Below, piece after piece: positions 42,842 through 53,371 of a stretch of DNA of 64,000 bases. A program made the translations under genes and the position numbers. Under the pieces are notes generated by a model that was not told where the DNA came from, did no database searches, and was given only the letters and a program-made list of their open reading frames with translations. Every line of letters begins with the position of its first letter. Position 1 is the first letter of the stretch. Source of the DNA: an uncultured Actinomycetota bacterium. Its GTDB lineage: Bacteria > Actinomycetota > Actinomycetes > JAHEKZ01. The DNA lies in assembly GCA_963743915.1 (NCBI GenBank), contig CAVURN010000002.1, forward strand, positions 32,001-96,000, given 5' to 3'.

Positions 42842-43739
42842 GTGCGCGCACAGCTGTCGTCGGCCGCCTACCGCACGGGATGGACGCTGTCCCAACGCCT
42901 TCCCGAGGCCTGGGTGGCCCGCGCGTTCGACTACGGCGCCGAGCGCACCTGGCGCGGGCAAGGGCGTGGTGTGCGGCAGCTGCGGGCGAACCTGCGCCGG
43001 GTGCACCCCGAGCTGGACGCCGAGGCGCTCGATGCGCTCACCCGTGCCGGACTCCACTCGTACCTGCGCTACTGGCGTGAGGCATTCCGGCTGCCCCGCT
43101 GGTCACCGGAGGAGATCGACCGACGGATCGTCAGCTCGGGAGAGGACCGCCTCTTCGGGCCGCTCGACCAACGACGCGGCGTGGTCGCCGTCCTCGGGCA
43201 CTTCGGCAACTGGGACCACGGTGGCGTGTGGGTGACCACGCGCGGCTACGGCCTGACCACCGTCGCGGAGCGACTCCAGCCTGAGTCGCTCTACGACCGC
43301 TTCGTCGCGTACCGCGAGTCGCTGGGCATGGAGGTGCTGCCGCTGTCCGGCGGACCGGAGGTGACGCCGGTCCTGCAGGCGCGGCTCCGCGCCGGTGGAT
43401 TGGTGGCGCTCCTGGCCGACCGGGACCTGAGCGGCACCGGGCTGGAGGTGGAGGTGCTCGGCGAGCCGGCGCGGCTCCCGGTCGGGCCGGCGCTGCTGGC
43501 CGAACGCACCGAGTCGGTGCTGCTGCCGGTGATCTCGAGCTACGAAGGGGCGCGGACCCGCCTGGACTTCCTGCCGCCGCTGACCAGCGGACGCCGTGGG
43601 CCTCCGCGACCGCGTCCACGACCTGACCCGGCAGTGGGCCGACGTGATCGGAGTCGCCGCTCGGCAGCACGCCGTCGACTGGCACATGCTGCAGCCGGTG
43701 TGGACCGCCGACGTCCCGCAGCGCGAGCGGGTCCGGTGA
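42842..43739 (+). CDS. patA: Phosphatidylinositol mannoside acyltransferase (frameshift near 43590)
   Basis: SYLRYWREAFRLP, HFGNWD, LLADRDLS; DWHMLQPVW in a shifted frame. Confidence 0.85.
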
Positions 43740-43776
43740 GACACATGGAGCAGGCCATTGACGTGAGGCGGGTCCC

Positions 43777-44966
43777 ATGAGGGTCGGGATCGTCTGCCCC
43801 TACGACTGGACGGTGCCGAGCGGCGTCGCGATCCATGTGCACGAGCTCGCGGAGGCGCTCCGGACCCTGGGGCTCGAGGTCGCGGTGCTGGCGCCGGGCG
43901 AGGAGTCCGAGGCGGTGCCCGACTTCGTGACGCTGGCCGGTCGCGCGGTCCCGGTGCCGTACAACGGGTCGGTGGCGCGGGTGCTGTTCGGTCCGCGTTC
44001 GGCCTCACGGGTCAGGCGGTGGATCCGGGAGGGCGACTTCGACGTGCTGCACGTGCACTCGCCGGTCACCCCGAGCCTGTCCATGCTCGCGTGCTGGTCG
44101 GCCCTCGGGCCCGATCGTCGCCACGTTCCACGCGGCGATCGACGGGCGGTCCAAGGCGCTCCGCGGCGGATCGTGGATCCTGCGCGCGACGCTCGAGAAG
44201 GTCCGGGCGCGGATCGCGGTGAGCGAGGAGGCGCGTCGAACCGTCGTCCAGCACCTCGGAGGCGACGCGGTCCTGGTGCCGAACGGGGTCGACGTGGCGC
44301 GCTTCGCCGGTGCGTCGGTGCGGACGGAGTGGACCGGACCGGCGACGTTGGCCTTCCTCGGCCGGGTCGACGAGCCACGGAAGGGCCTGCGAGGTGCTCC
44401 TTGCCGCCCTGCCCGGCATCGCCGAGGAGCATCCCGCCGTGCGCCTGTTGGTGGCGGGACCGGGGGAGACCGATGCCCTCGACGCGCTCCCCCGGACATC
44501 CGCCGGCGGGTGACGCTGCTCGGTCGGGTCTCGGAGCAGGAGAAGGCCGAGCTGCTGCGCTCGGTGTCGCTCTACGTCGCCCCGCACATCGGCGGCGAGT
44601 CGTTCGGGATCGTCCTCCTCGAGGCGATGTCGGCATCCACCGCGGTCCTGGCGAGCGACCTGGTCGCGTTCCGTGACGTCCTCGACGGCGGCCGCTGCGG
44701 TGAGCTGTTCACGACCGGCGACGCGGAGGCGCTCGTCCGCGGCGCGTGCGGGCTGCTCGCCGACGCCCCACGCCGCGACGAGCTGGCGGCCGTCGGGCAC
44801 GAGCGGGCCCTGGGCTACGACTGGTCCCGGGTCGCCCGCCAGGTGGTGGCGGTGTACGAGACGGTCACCGCAGGCGGCGAGAGGGTGCGCGAGGACGACC
44901 GCCAGGGACCGGGCCTGTTCGCCGGACGACTGCGCCCCTACCGCGAGGTCGGTGAGCACGCCATGA
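43777..44966 (+). CDS. pimA: Phosphatidylinositol mannosyltransferase, GT4 (several frameshifts)
   Basis: MRVGIVCPY, PYNGSVAR, FLGRVDEPRKGL, GGESFGIVLLEAM, YDWSRVA. Confidence 0.85.
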
Positions 44967-45532
44967 CCGCCGAGATCCTCGCCCTGGTCGTTGCCCTCCT
45001 CCTGGTGCTGACGCTCCTCTACGTGCGCGGGCTGGCCGGTCGCCTGGACCGCCTCCACCTGCGGGTGGACGCGGCGAGCGCCGCGCTCGAGACCAAGCTG
45101 GTGCAGCGGGCGGGGCTGGCCCGTGAGCTGGCGCTGAGTGGCTGGCTCGACCCGGCGAGCGCGGTGCTGCTGCTGGACGCTGCCCAGACCGCCGAGGCGG
45201 GAGTGCGGGGGACGGAGGGCATGGCGCGTGACGCCGCGCAGAGCGACCTCACCGCCGCTCTCCGTGCGGTCCTTGTCGACCCGGAGACGATCGTCGACCT
45301 GCAGGCGGACCCCGACGCCCGGGACCTGCTGGTCGAGCTCGCCGACGCGAGCCAGGGAGTCGTGCTCGCCCGCCGGTTCGCCAACGACGCCGTGCAGGCG
45401 GCAGTGGCGGTGCGCCGCCGGTGGCTGGTGCGGTCGCTGCACCTCGCGGGCCGGGCACCGTGGCCGGTCTCCCGCGAGATGGACGACGCGCCGCCGGAGT
45501 CGTTGGCCGAGATCACCCTGCGCGCCGCCTAG
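44963..45532 (+). CDS. Conserved membrane-anchored protein (LemA-like)
   Basis: N-terminal TM, AGRLDRLHLRVD, QSDLTAAL, LARRFANDAV, LAGRAPWP; usual position after pimA. Confidence 0.7.
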   Translation: MTAEILALVVALLLVLTLLYVRGLAGRLDRLHLRVDAASAALETKLVQRAGLARELALSGWLDPASAVLLLDAAQTAEAGVRGTEGMARDAAQSDLTAALRAVLVDPETIVDLQADPDARDLLVELADASQGVVLARRFANDAVQAAVAVRRRWLVRSLHLAGRAPWPVSREMDDAPPESLAEITLRAA

Positions 45533-45541
45533 CCTGGTGGC

Positions 45542-46588
45542 ATGAGTCCTTCCCGAGGTGCGGTGGCCCGCGACGTCCTGCCCAAGGGCATGGTGGTCGG
45601 CCTCGCCGCCTCTGTGCTGCTGTCCAGTGCCGTCCTGACGGCGTGCAGCGCCGAGGACGCCGAGCCGGTGGCGGTCACCTCTCCGACGCCCTCGGCGTCG
45701 CCGACCTCGACGCCTGAGCCGCCCACCACGTTGCTGTCCGGCCGACCGGGCAAGGACCACCGGGTGCTCGCGGTCAAGATCGACAACACCGTGAACAGCC
45801 ACCCGCAGAGCGGTCTGATGGCTGCGGACGTCATCTACGTCGAAGAGGTCGAGTGGGGCCTGACCAGGTTCATGGCGGTCTTCTCCTCCCGCTACCCCAA
45901 GCAGGTCGGGCCGATCCGGAGCGCCCGCGAGACCGACATCGAGCTGCTGGCGCAGTACGGCAAGGTCGCGTTCTCGGCGTCCGGTGGGCAGCCGGCCGTG
46001 CTCAACGCGGTCAATGCGGCGCCGTTGTACCCCGTCACGAACATCGGGGGGACGCCCGGGTACACCCGAACCGAGCGCCCAGCCCCGTGGGACCTGTTCG
46101 CGCAGCCGAAGCAGCTGCTCAAGAGCGCTCCGAAGGCAGCCAAGGCCAAGGACATCGGCTTCCGCTTCGACGAAGTGGTGCCGAAGGGCGGAAAGCGCAG
46201 CAAGGGCTTCACGGTCACGTGGCCGTACTCCGAGGCGCGGTTCGCCTGGTCACCGAAGGAGGATCGGTGGCTGCTGTGGTCCGACGGCAGCGCCGCCATG
46301 AGCACGGAGGGCCCCCAGCTCGGCGGGACCACCGTGATCGTCCAGAGCGTCGACGCCTATCCGTCCGACCTCGGGGACCGCTACGGAGGCGTCACCCCGT
46401 TCACCGACACGGTCGGCAAGGGGAAGGCGTGGCTCTTCCGGGACGGGCGGAAATGGCCCATCACCTGGTCCCGGCCCAAGGCCGAGTCGGGCACGATCTG
46501 GCGGTTCCGCGGGGAGCGCATCCCGTTCGACCCGGGTCAGGTGTGGGTGCTGCTGCTCGACAACGACCGCAAGCCCGTGATCCGGTAG
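45542..46588 (+). CDS. DUF3048 family lipoprotein
   Basis: Lipobox LTAC; VKIDN, PQSGL..ADVIYVEEVE.GLTRF, GPIRSAR. Confidence 0.8.
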   Translation: MSPSRGAVARDVLPKGMVVGLAASVLLSSAVLTACSAEDAEPVAVTSPTPSASPTSTPEPPTTLLSGRPGKDHRVLAVKIDNTVNSHPQSGLMAADVIYVEEVEWGLTRFMAVFSSRYPKQVGPIRSARETDIELLAQYGKVAFSASGGQPAVLNAVNAAPLYPVTNIGGTPGYTRTERPAPWDLFAQPKQLLKSAPKAAKAKDIGFRFDEVVPKGGKRSKGFTVTWPYSEARFAWSPKEDRWLLWSDGSAAMSTEGPQLGGTTVIVQSVDAYPSDLGDRYGGVTPFTDTVGKGKAWLFRDGRKWPITWSRPKAESGTIWRFRGERIPFDPGQVWVLLLDNDRKPVIR

Positions 46589-46669
46589 GCGTCGGACGGC
46601 CCCGTCCCCGTACCATGGGGGGACATCCGTGGGCGTCGCCCACTGTCGTCCCGTCCCGTGAGGTTCCCC

Positions 46670-47611
46670 GTGCCCGCCAGCGAGAACTCAGCCAGCGAGA
46701 ACTCGGCCAACGAGAGCTCAGCCACCACCCCCCAGCTCGGCACGTCGCGCGTCAAGCGCGGCATGGCCGAGATGCTCAAGGGCGGAGTGATCATGGACGT
46801 GGTCACGCCCGACCAGGCCAAGATCGCCGAGGACGCCGGCGCCGTCGCCGTCATGGCCCTCGAGCGGGTGCCCGCGGACATCCGCAAGGACGGCGGTGTC
46901 GCGCGCATGTCCGACCCGGACATGATCGACGGCATCATCGAGGCCGTCTCCATCCCCGTCATGGCGAAGGCCCGCATCGGTCACTTCGTCGAGGCGCAGG
47001 TGCTGCAGGCACTGGGTGTCGACTACGTCGACGAGTCCGAGGTGCTGACCCCTGCGGACGAGAAGCTGCACATCGACAAGTGGCAGTTCACAGTGCCGTT
47101 CGTGTGCGGTGCGACCAACCTGGGTGAGGCGCTGCGGCGGATCGCCGAAGGTGCGGCGATGATCCGCTCCAAGGGCGAGGCCGGAACCGGCAACGTCGTC
47201 GAGGCCACCCGCCACATGCGCCAGATGCTGGGAGACATCCGCCGGGTCCAGGGCCTCGGCGAGGAGGAGCTCTTCAACACCGCCAAGGAGCTCGGTGCCC
47301 CGTACGAGCTGGTGCGCGAGGTGCACGACTCCGGCAGGCTTCCCGTCGTGATGTTCACCGCCGGCGGTCTCGCCACCCCGGCGGACGCGGCGATGATGAT
47401 GCAGCTCGGTGCCGAAGGCGTGTTCGTCGGCTCAGGCATCTTCAAGTCGGGCGACCCGGCCAAGCGCGCCAACGCGATCGTCCAGGCCACGCTGCACTAC
47501 GACAACCCCGACGTCATCGCCAAGGTGTCCCGGGGCCTCGGCGAGGCGATGGTCGGCATCAACATCGACACGCTGCCCGAGTCCGAGCGGTACGCCGGCC
47601 GGGGATGGTGA
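46670..47611 (+). CDS. pdxS: Pyridoxal 5'-phosphate synthase, lyase subunit
   Basis: [42 protein letters not shown]. Confidence 0.96.
   Translation: MPASENSASENSANESSATTPQLGTSRVKRGMAEMLKGGVIMDVVTPDQAKIAEDAGAVAVMALERVPADIRKDGGVARMSDPDMIDGIIEAVSIPVMAKARIGHFVEAQVLQALGVDYVDESEVLTPADEKLHIDKWQFTVPFVCGATNLGEALRRIAEGAAMIRSKGEAGTGNVVEATRHMRQMLGDIRRVQGLGEEELFNTAKELGAPYELVREVHDSGRLPVVMFTAGGLATPADAAMMMQLGAEGVFVGSGIFKSGDPAKRANAIVQATLHYDNPDVIAKVSRGLGEAMVGINIDTLPESERYAGRGW
46676..46724 (+). repeat. 15-bp tandem repeat (about 3.3 copies) at the pdxS 5' end
   Basis: GCCAGCGAGAACTCA GCCAGCGAGAACTCG GCCAACGAGAGCTCA GCCA, encoding [15 protein letters not shown]. Confidence 0.85.
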
Positions 47612-48249
47612 CGTCCACCTCGGCGCACCCCTCCTCCGACCCCTCCGACTCCCCGGTGATCGGGGTGCTCGGTCTGCAGGGCGACGTCCGTGAGCACGAG
47701 GTGGTGCTGACCGACTGCGGGGCGACCACGCGGCGGGTGCGCACGGTCGAGGACCTCGCGCAGGTCGAGGCACTGGTGATTCCCGGTGGCGAGTCGACGA
47801 CGATGAGCAAGCTCGCGGTCGACTTCGGGCTGATCGAGCCGCTGCGCAAGGCTCGCGAGTCGGGGATGCCCATGTACGGGTCGTGCGCCGGCATGATCAT
47901 GCTCGCCGACCGGCTCGAGGACGGACGTCCGGACCAGCAGACCATCGGTGGCATCGACATGGTCGTGCGCCGGAACGCCTTCGGCCGACAGGTCGACTCG
48001 TTCGAGGCAGACCTGGCGATGCCCGCCCTCGAAGGGGATCCCGTCCACGCGGTGTTCATCCGGGCCCCCTGGGTGGAGCAGGTCGGGCAACAGGTCGAGG
48101 TGCTCGGCCGCGTCGAGGCCGGGCCGGCCGCCGGTAGGATCGTCGCGGTTCGACAGGGCCCGCTCGTGGCCACGTCCTTCCACCCTGAGCTCACCGGCGA
48201 CCATCGAGTGCACGAGTACTTCGTGAGGATCGTCCGCTCCCGGCGCTGA
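47605..48249 (+). CDS. pdxT: Pyridoxal 5'-phosphate synthase, glutaminase subunit
   Basis: [40 protein letters not shown]. Confidence 0.95.
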   Translation: MVTSTSAHPSSDPSDSPVIGVLGLQGDVREHEVVLTDCGATTRRVRTVEDLAQVEALVIPGGESTTMSKLAVDFGLIEPLRKARESGMPMYGSCAGMIMLADRLEDGRPDQQTIGGIDMVVRRNAFGRQVDSFEADLAMPALEGDPVHAVFIRAPWVEQVGQQVEVLGRVEAGPAAGRIVAVRQGPLVATSFHPELTGDHRVHEYFVRIVRSRR

Positions 48250-48277
48250 CCACGCACGACCGAATGAGGAGCCCCGC

Positions 48278-49027
48278 ATGTCCGGCCACTCCAAATGGGC
48301 CACGACCAAGCACAAGAAGGCCGTGATCGACGCCCGGCGCGGCAAGCTCTTCGCCAAGCTCATCAAGAACATCGAGGTCGCGGCGCGCACCGGCGGTGGT
48401 GACCCGGCGGGCAACCCGACTCTCTACGACGCGATCCAGAAGGCGAAGAAGAGCTCGGTCCCCAACGACAACATCGACCGCGCGGTCAAGCGCGGCTCGG
48501 GTGCAGAGGCGGGCGGCGCGGACTATCAGACGATCATGTACGAGGGCTACGGGCCCAACGGGGTCGCCGTGCTGATCGAGTGCCTGACGGACAACCGCAA
48601 CCGCGCGGCGTCCGACGTGCGCGTCGCGATGACACGCAACGGGGGGTCGATGGCCGACCCCGGCTCGGTGTCGTACCTGTTCGCGCGCAAGGGCATCGTG
48701 CTGGTGCCGCGGGCGGACCTGGCAGAGGACGACGTGCTGACGGCCGTGCTGGACGCCGGCGCGGAGGAGGTCAACGACCTCGGCGAGACCTTCGAGGTGG
48801 TCAGCGAACCCACCGACCTGGTCGCGGTGCGGACCGCGTTGCAGGACGCAGGGATCGACTATGAGTCCGCAGAGGCGTCGTTCGTCCCCAGCGTCACGGT
48901 GCCGCTCGACGAGACCGGTGCCAGCAAGCTGTTCCGGCTGATCGAGGCGCTCGAGGACTCCGACGACGTGCAGAACGTGTGGGCCAACTTCGACGTCTCC
49001 GACGAAGTCATGGAGAAGGTGGGCTAG
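48278..49027 (+). CDS. YebC/PmpR family protein
   Basis: [37 protein letters not shown]. Confidence 0.95.
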   Translation: MSGHSKWATTKHKKAVIDARRGKLFAKLIKNIEVAARTGGGDPAGNPTLYDAIQKAKKSSVPNDNIDRAVKRGSGAEAGGADYQTIMYEGYGPNGVAVLIECLTDNRNRAASDVRVAMTRNGGSMADPGSVSYLFARKGIVLVPRADLAEDDVLTAVLDAGAEEVNDLGETFEVVSEPTDLVAVRTALQDAGIDYESAEASFVPSVTVPLDETGASKLFRLIEALEDSDDVQNVWANFDVSDEVMEKVG

Positions 49028-49038
49028 CTTCCGCGAGG

Positions 49039-50358
49039 TCAGGGAGCTGAGCGCCAGCCGCGGGAGCAGTGCTGGCCGAGCTGCTGTCCGTCCGGGCCGC
49101 CAAAGGTGAGGGTGCCGTTGGCCCCCGCGATGGGGGCGACGGGGGTGATGGTCCAACCGCCTTCGTGGACCTGGCGGTGGTGGTGGCGGCAGAGCAAGAG
49201 CCCGTTGGCCAGGTCGGACTGACCTCCGTGTGCCCACGGAATGAGGTGGTGGGCGTCGGTGTGCACCGACGGCCGGCCGCAGCCGGGGAACCGGCAGCCG
49301 TCGTCGCGGGTCGCGAGGGCCCGGCGTTGCGCCGGCGTGAAGACACGCACCGCCCGTCCGAGGTCGAGCGGGATGCCGGCCGGATCGAGCAGCAGCCGTT
49401 GGACCGTGGCGTCGCACGCGAGGCGGCTCGTGCTGGCCGGGGTGAGCCAGACCGGCATGTTCGCGGCGCCTGAGATCTTGGCGGGCTCTGTCTGCTCACC
49501 GGTGAGAGTCGCAAGGTCCACCTCGACCTGCAGCGCAGCAGTGGATCCGGACAGCGTCGGCAGCTCACCGGAACGAACGGCAACGGCGACGAGCTCGGCA
49601 AGTCCGTCGGCGCGTCGCTGGTCGGACGTCCGGGTGTCGTCGGGGCCGGTGGGCACCAGGAAGGGTGCGAGCGCGGCCGACAGGCTCGCCGCTGACTCTG
49701 CGTCGAGGACGCCGTCGATCGAGTGCATGCCGTCCAGCATCGGCGCGAGGCTGAGCCACCGCCGCCCGTAGTCCTCCTCGGCGTGCCGCGCCGACCCGTC
49801 GGGATCGACCACGTGACGCAGGTGTCGGCCCGCGCTGCGCAGCTCGTCGACGGTGAGACGGGTGCCCAGCTCGGTCAGAGCCCCGACGCCCTCGGGGCGG
49901 GTGGAGGGTGGAAGTGCGCGGGCGGTGCGATGGATGGTGCGCAGGTGCTCATACGAGAGGTGACCGTCGGACGACTCCGCCGTACCACCCGCGTGGTCTC
50001 GAGGGTCTGCCACCAGCGCTGCGACCGGTCCGGCCAACAGGTCGCCAGCGGTGCGAGCGATCCGTACCCGCTCGGACGCCTCGCCCGCTGCCAGGCCAAG
50101 CGCCCCGCGGAGCCATGCCTGCGACGATGCAGCAGCGTGCAGCACCTCACCGTCTCCACGCGCGTCGAAGTCGGCCAGCACCGCGGTGAACGCTGCCTCG
50201 GCGGCGTCGACCACCAGCCGTAGCCCGGCCAGCCAGGCGGCTCGCTCCTCGGGGGTTCTGGGCGCGCCGTCCGATGCCCCGGACGCACGCTCAGCCAACA
50301 GGCGAGCGCCCGCAAGGACGTCAGCGACCTGCGGCGGCAGTGCGGGGGTGGGGAGCAC
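49039..50358 (-). mobile_element. DUF222 + HNH endonuclease gene (REP13E12-like)
   Basis: QRRADGL, RLACDA, PLDLGR, RDDGCRFPGC, DAHHLIPW..GG.SDLANGLLLCRHHH..VH; interrupts yebC-ruvC. Confidence 0.8.
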
Positions 50359-50478
50359 GAGGGCCAGAACCTTCCACGACGACAGCGGGTGTGCTGCCCT
50401 GACCAGGGGACCGGTGCCGGGGTCGCGTCGTGGGTGCAGCTGAGTGTCTCAGTGAGTCGGTTCCGGCATGTGCTCTAT

Positions 50479-50494
50479 TCGAACACATGTTCGA
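50479..50494. promoter_or_regulatory. LexA (SOS) box upstream of the DUF222/HNH gene
   Basis: TCGAAC-ACAT-GTTCGA, a perfect actinobacterial consensus. Confidence 0.85.
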
Positions 50495-50633
50495 TAGTAC
50501 GGGGTTCGCGGTCACCGGTCAAGCCTTGTGGGCAACAGATCTGAGGGAATCTGCAGCCGTCGAGAGGGCGCGGGTGGCGGCGTCGCGGGCGTGTCGACAT
50601 CGCGGCTCACGCGCACGGCCGGGTAGCGTTCGG

Positions 50634-50649
50634 TCGAACACCTGTTCGC
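50634..50649. promoter_or_regulatory. LexA (SOS) box upstream of ruvC
   Basis: TCGAAC-ACCT-GTTCGC (one mismatch), just after a TAGCGT -10-like hexamer. Confidence 0.75.
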
Positions 50650-50678
50650 CCTGGCTGGAGCGTCCGAAGGAGACCCGC

Positions 50679-51215
50679 GTGCGTGTGCTCGGCGTCGACC
50701 CCGGCCTGACCCGGTGCGGGCTCGGGGTGGTCGACGGCGCACCAGGGCGTCGACTCACCCTCGTCGAGGTCTCCGTGGCTCGTTCCGACGCGGACGAGCC
50801 GCTCGAGCAGCGACTGCTCACCATCGAGTGCGCGGTGGACGAGGTGCTCGACCGGGTCGCCCCCGATGCGGTGGCCGTCGAGCGGGTCTTCAGCCAGCAC
50901 AACGTCCGGACGGTCATGGGCGTCGCGCAGGTCAGCGGGGTCGTGCTCGCTGCGGCGGCCCGTCGGGGGTTGCCAGTGGCCCTGCACACGCCCAGCGAGG
51001 TGAAGGCGGCCGTCACCGGGCACGGACGGGCAGAGAAGGCGCAGGTGGGGGCGATGGTGGCGCGGCTGCTCGGCCTCGACGACGCACCGAAGCCGGCGGA
51101 CGCCGCGGACGCCCTGGCGCTGGCGATCTGTCATGTCTGGCGCGGATCGGCGCAGACCCGGCTCGTCGAGGCGGTGGCGGCTCACACGGCGTCTGCGCGT
51201 GCGGGGACGCGATGA
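50679..51215 (+). CDS. ruvC: Holliday junction resolvase
   Basis: [33 protein letters not shown]. Confidence 0.95.
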   Translation: MRVLGVDPGLTRCGLGVVDGAPGRRLTLVEVSVARSDADEPLEQRLLTIECAVDEVLDRVAPDAVAVERVFSQHNVRTVMGVAQVSGVVLAAAARRGLPVALHTPSEVKAAVTGHGRAEKAQVGAMVARLLGLDDAPKPADAADALALAICHVWRGSAQTRLVEAVAAHTASARAGTR

Positions 51216-51859
51216 TCGCGTCGGTGCGTGGGACCGTGCTCGAGGTGACGGCGGAACGAGCCGTGATCGAGGTGGGAGGGCTCGGTCTGGCCGTGCAGTG
51301 CGCGCCGAACACGCTCGTCGGGCTCCGGCGGGGTGAGCCTGCGACCGTGCACACCGCGCTGGTGGTGCGGGAGGACTCCCTGACACTGTTCGGCTTCGCT
51401 GACGCCGACGAGCGCGCGGTCTTCGAGATCCTGCAGACGGTGAGCGGTGTGGGCCCCCGGTTGGCGCAGGCGATGCTGGGAGCACTGCGTCCGGACGCCC
51501 TGCGGCAGATCGTCGCGCGCGAGGACGTCACCGCACTGACGCAGGTGCCGGGCATCGGCAAGAAGGGCGCCCAGCGGCTCGTCCTCGAGCTCAAGGACAA
51601 GCTCGGGGCACCGGGCGGGGATGTCGGCGTCGCGACGACCGCGGGTGCGGCCGGTGCAGGGGCCGGCGCGACCGGGTGGCGTCCGCAGGTGCACGCGGCT
51701 CTGGTGGGTCTCGGCTGGCCGCCCCGCGAGGCGGAGGCGGCGCTGAGCGTGGTCGCCGACGAGTACGGACCTGAGGCCGACGAGATGGACGTGGGCGTCC
51801 TGCTCCGGACCGCCCTGCGCGCCATGAGCGGGTCGGTCAGCTCACCGAGCGGTCGGTGA
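51212..51859 (+). CDS. ruvA: Holliday junction branch migration protein
   Basis: [38 protein letters not shown]. Confidence 0.95.
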   Translation: MIASVRGTVLEVTAERAVIEVGGLGLAVQCAPNTLVGLRRGEPATVHTALVVREDSLTLFGFADADERAVFEILQTVSGVGPRLAQAMLGALRPDALRQIVAREDVTALTQVPGIGKKGAQRLVLELKDKLGAPGGDVGVATTAGAAGAGAGATGWRPQVHAALVGLGWPPREAEAALSVVADEYGPEADEMDVGVLLRTALRAMSGSVSSPSGR

Positions 51860-52950
51860 CGCGGATGAGCGGCGACCGTCCGTCCGGTGACGACAGCCCG
51901 GTCATCGACCCCAACGCCCAGCAGGACGAGGGCGCGATCGAGGCCGCCCTGCGGCCCAAGCACCTCGAGGAGTTCGTGGGTCAGCAGCGGGTGCGCGAGC
52001 AGCTCGGGCTGGTGCTGTCCGCGGCGCACGGACGCGGGGCGGCGCCCGACCACGTGCTGCTCTCCGGTCCGCCCGGTCTCGGCAAGACCACCTTGGCCAT
52101 GATCATCGCTGCCGAGCTCGGACAGCCGCTCCGCATCTCGAGCGGCCCGGCGATCCAGCATGCCGGCGACCTCGCCGCGGTGCTGTCGTCGCTGGCTGAG
52201 GGCGAGGTCTTCTTCCTCGACGAGATCCACCGGATGGCCAGGCCGGCCGAGGAGATGCTGTACCTCGCCATGGAGGACTTCCGGGTGGACGTGGTCATCG
52301 GCAAGGGTCCCGGCGCCACGGCGATCCCGCTCGAGCTGCCGCCGTTCACCCTGGTCGGGGCAACGACCCGAGCCGGCCTGCTGCCCGGTCCGCTGCGCGA
52401 CCGCTTCGGGTTCACCGCGCACCTCGACTTCTACGAGGTCGACGAGCTCACGTCGATCCTGGTGCGTTCCGCTGAGCTGCTCTCGGTGCCGCTCGAGTCT
52501 GAGGGCGCCACCGAGATCGCAAGCCGCTCCCGCGGCACGCCGCGCGTCGCGAACCGGTTGCTGCGTCGGGTCCGTGACTTCGCCGAGGTCCGCGGCTCGG
52601 GCGTCGTCGACCTGGCCACGGCCCGCGCGGCGCTGGCGATCTACGACGTCGACGCGATCGGACTGGACCGGCTCGACCGATCGGTGCTCGAGGCGCTGGT
52701 GCGCAAGTTCGGGGGAGGTCCGGTCGGGCTCAGCACCCTGGCCGTCGCGGTCGGCGAGGAGCGCGAGACGGTCGAGGAGGTCGCCGAGCCCTACCTGGTC
52801 CGGGCCGGGCTCCTCGCCCGGACGCCACGCGGCCGGGTGGCCACACCCGCGGCGTGGGAGCATCTCGGGATGAACCCGCCTTCACCCACCACCGCAGGCG
52901 CGATGACCTCGCTGTTCGACGTCGGCGCCTGCGGACGAGGAGCCGACGGC
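51856..52950 (+). CDS. ruvB: Holliday junction helicase (no stop before yajC)
   Basis: [30 protein letters not shown]. Confidence 0.93.
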
Positions 52951-53241
52951 ATGAGCGACGTCCTCTACCTGTTGGTGCTGGTCGCCCCCCTGGTCGGCAT
53001 CTGGCTGTTGCTGATCCGGCCGGCCCAGCGACGTTCTCAGGAGGCCGCCGCGCTGGCGGCGGCCGTCCAGGTCGGGCAGGAGGTCGTCACCACCAGCGGC
53101 CTCTTCGGGCGGATCACTGCGCTCGACGAGAGCACGGTGCAGCTGCTGGTGGCGCCGGGGGTCGAGCTGCGCTTCGACCGCCGGGCGATCGGCCGGGTCG
53201 TCGGCGGCCAGATGCCCGAGGGCGACGTCCCACCGGCCTAG
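52951..53241 (+). CDS. yajC: Preprotein translocase subunit YajC
   Basis: GAGGAG RBS; TM then [33 protein letters not shown]; precedes secD. Confidence 0.85.
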   Translation: MSDVLYLLVLVAPLVGIWLLLIRPAQRRSQEAAALAAAVQVGQEVVTTSGLFGRITALDESTVQLLVAPGVELRFDRRAIGRVVGGQMPEGDVPPA

Positions 53242-53371
53242 GCTTCCTGGAGGACACGCTCACCCTGTGCGGTTCGGCCGGGGCGCGTCAGGGATACTTC
53301 CGGGGCTGTCGCTGCACAGCGCCCGGAGCACGCCGGGCGTCCGGCGGGGGCGATGAAGCGGAGGACTCGAC

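Noticed and set aside
44219-45532. PimA fused to the downstream LemA-like protein
   Set aside because: Lies in the frameshift-dense zone, with TGA codons one base off at 44953 and 44964.
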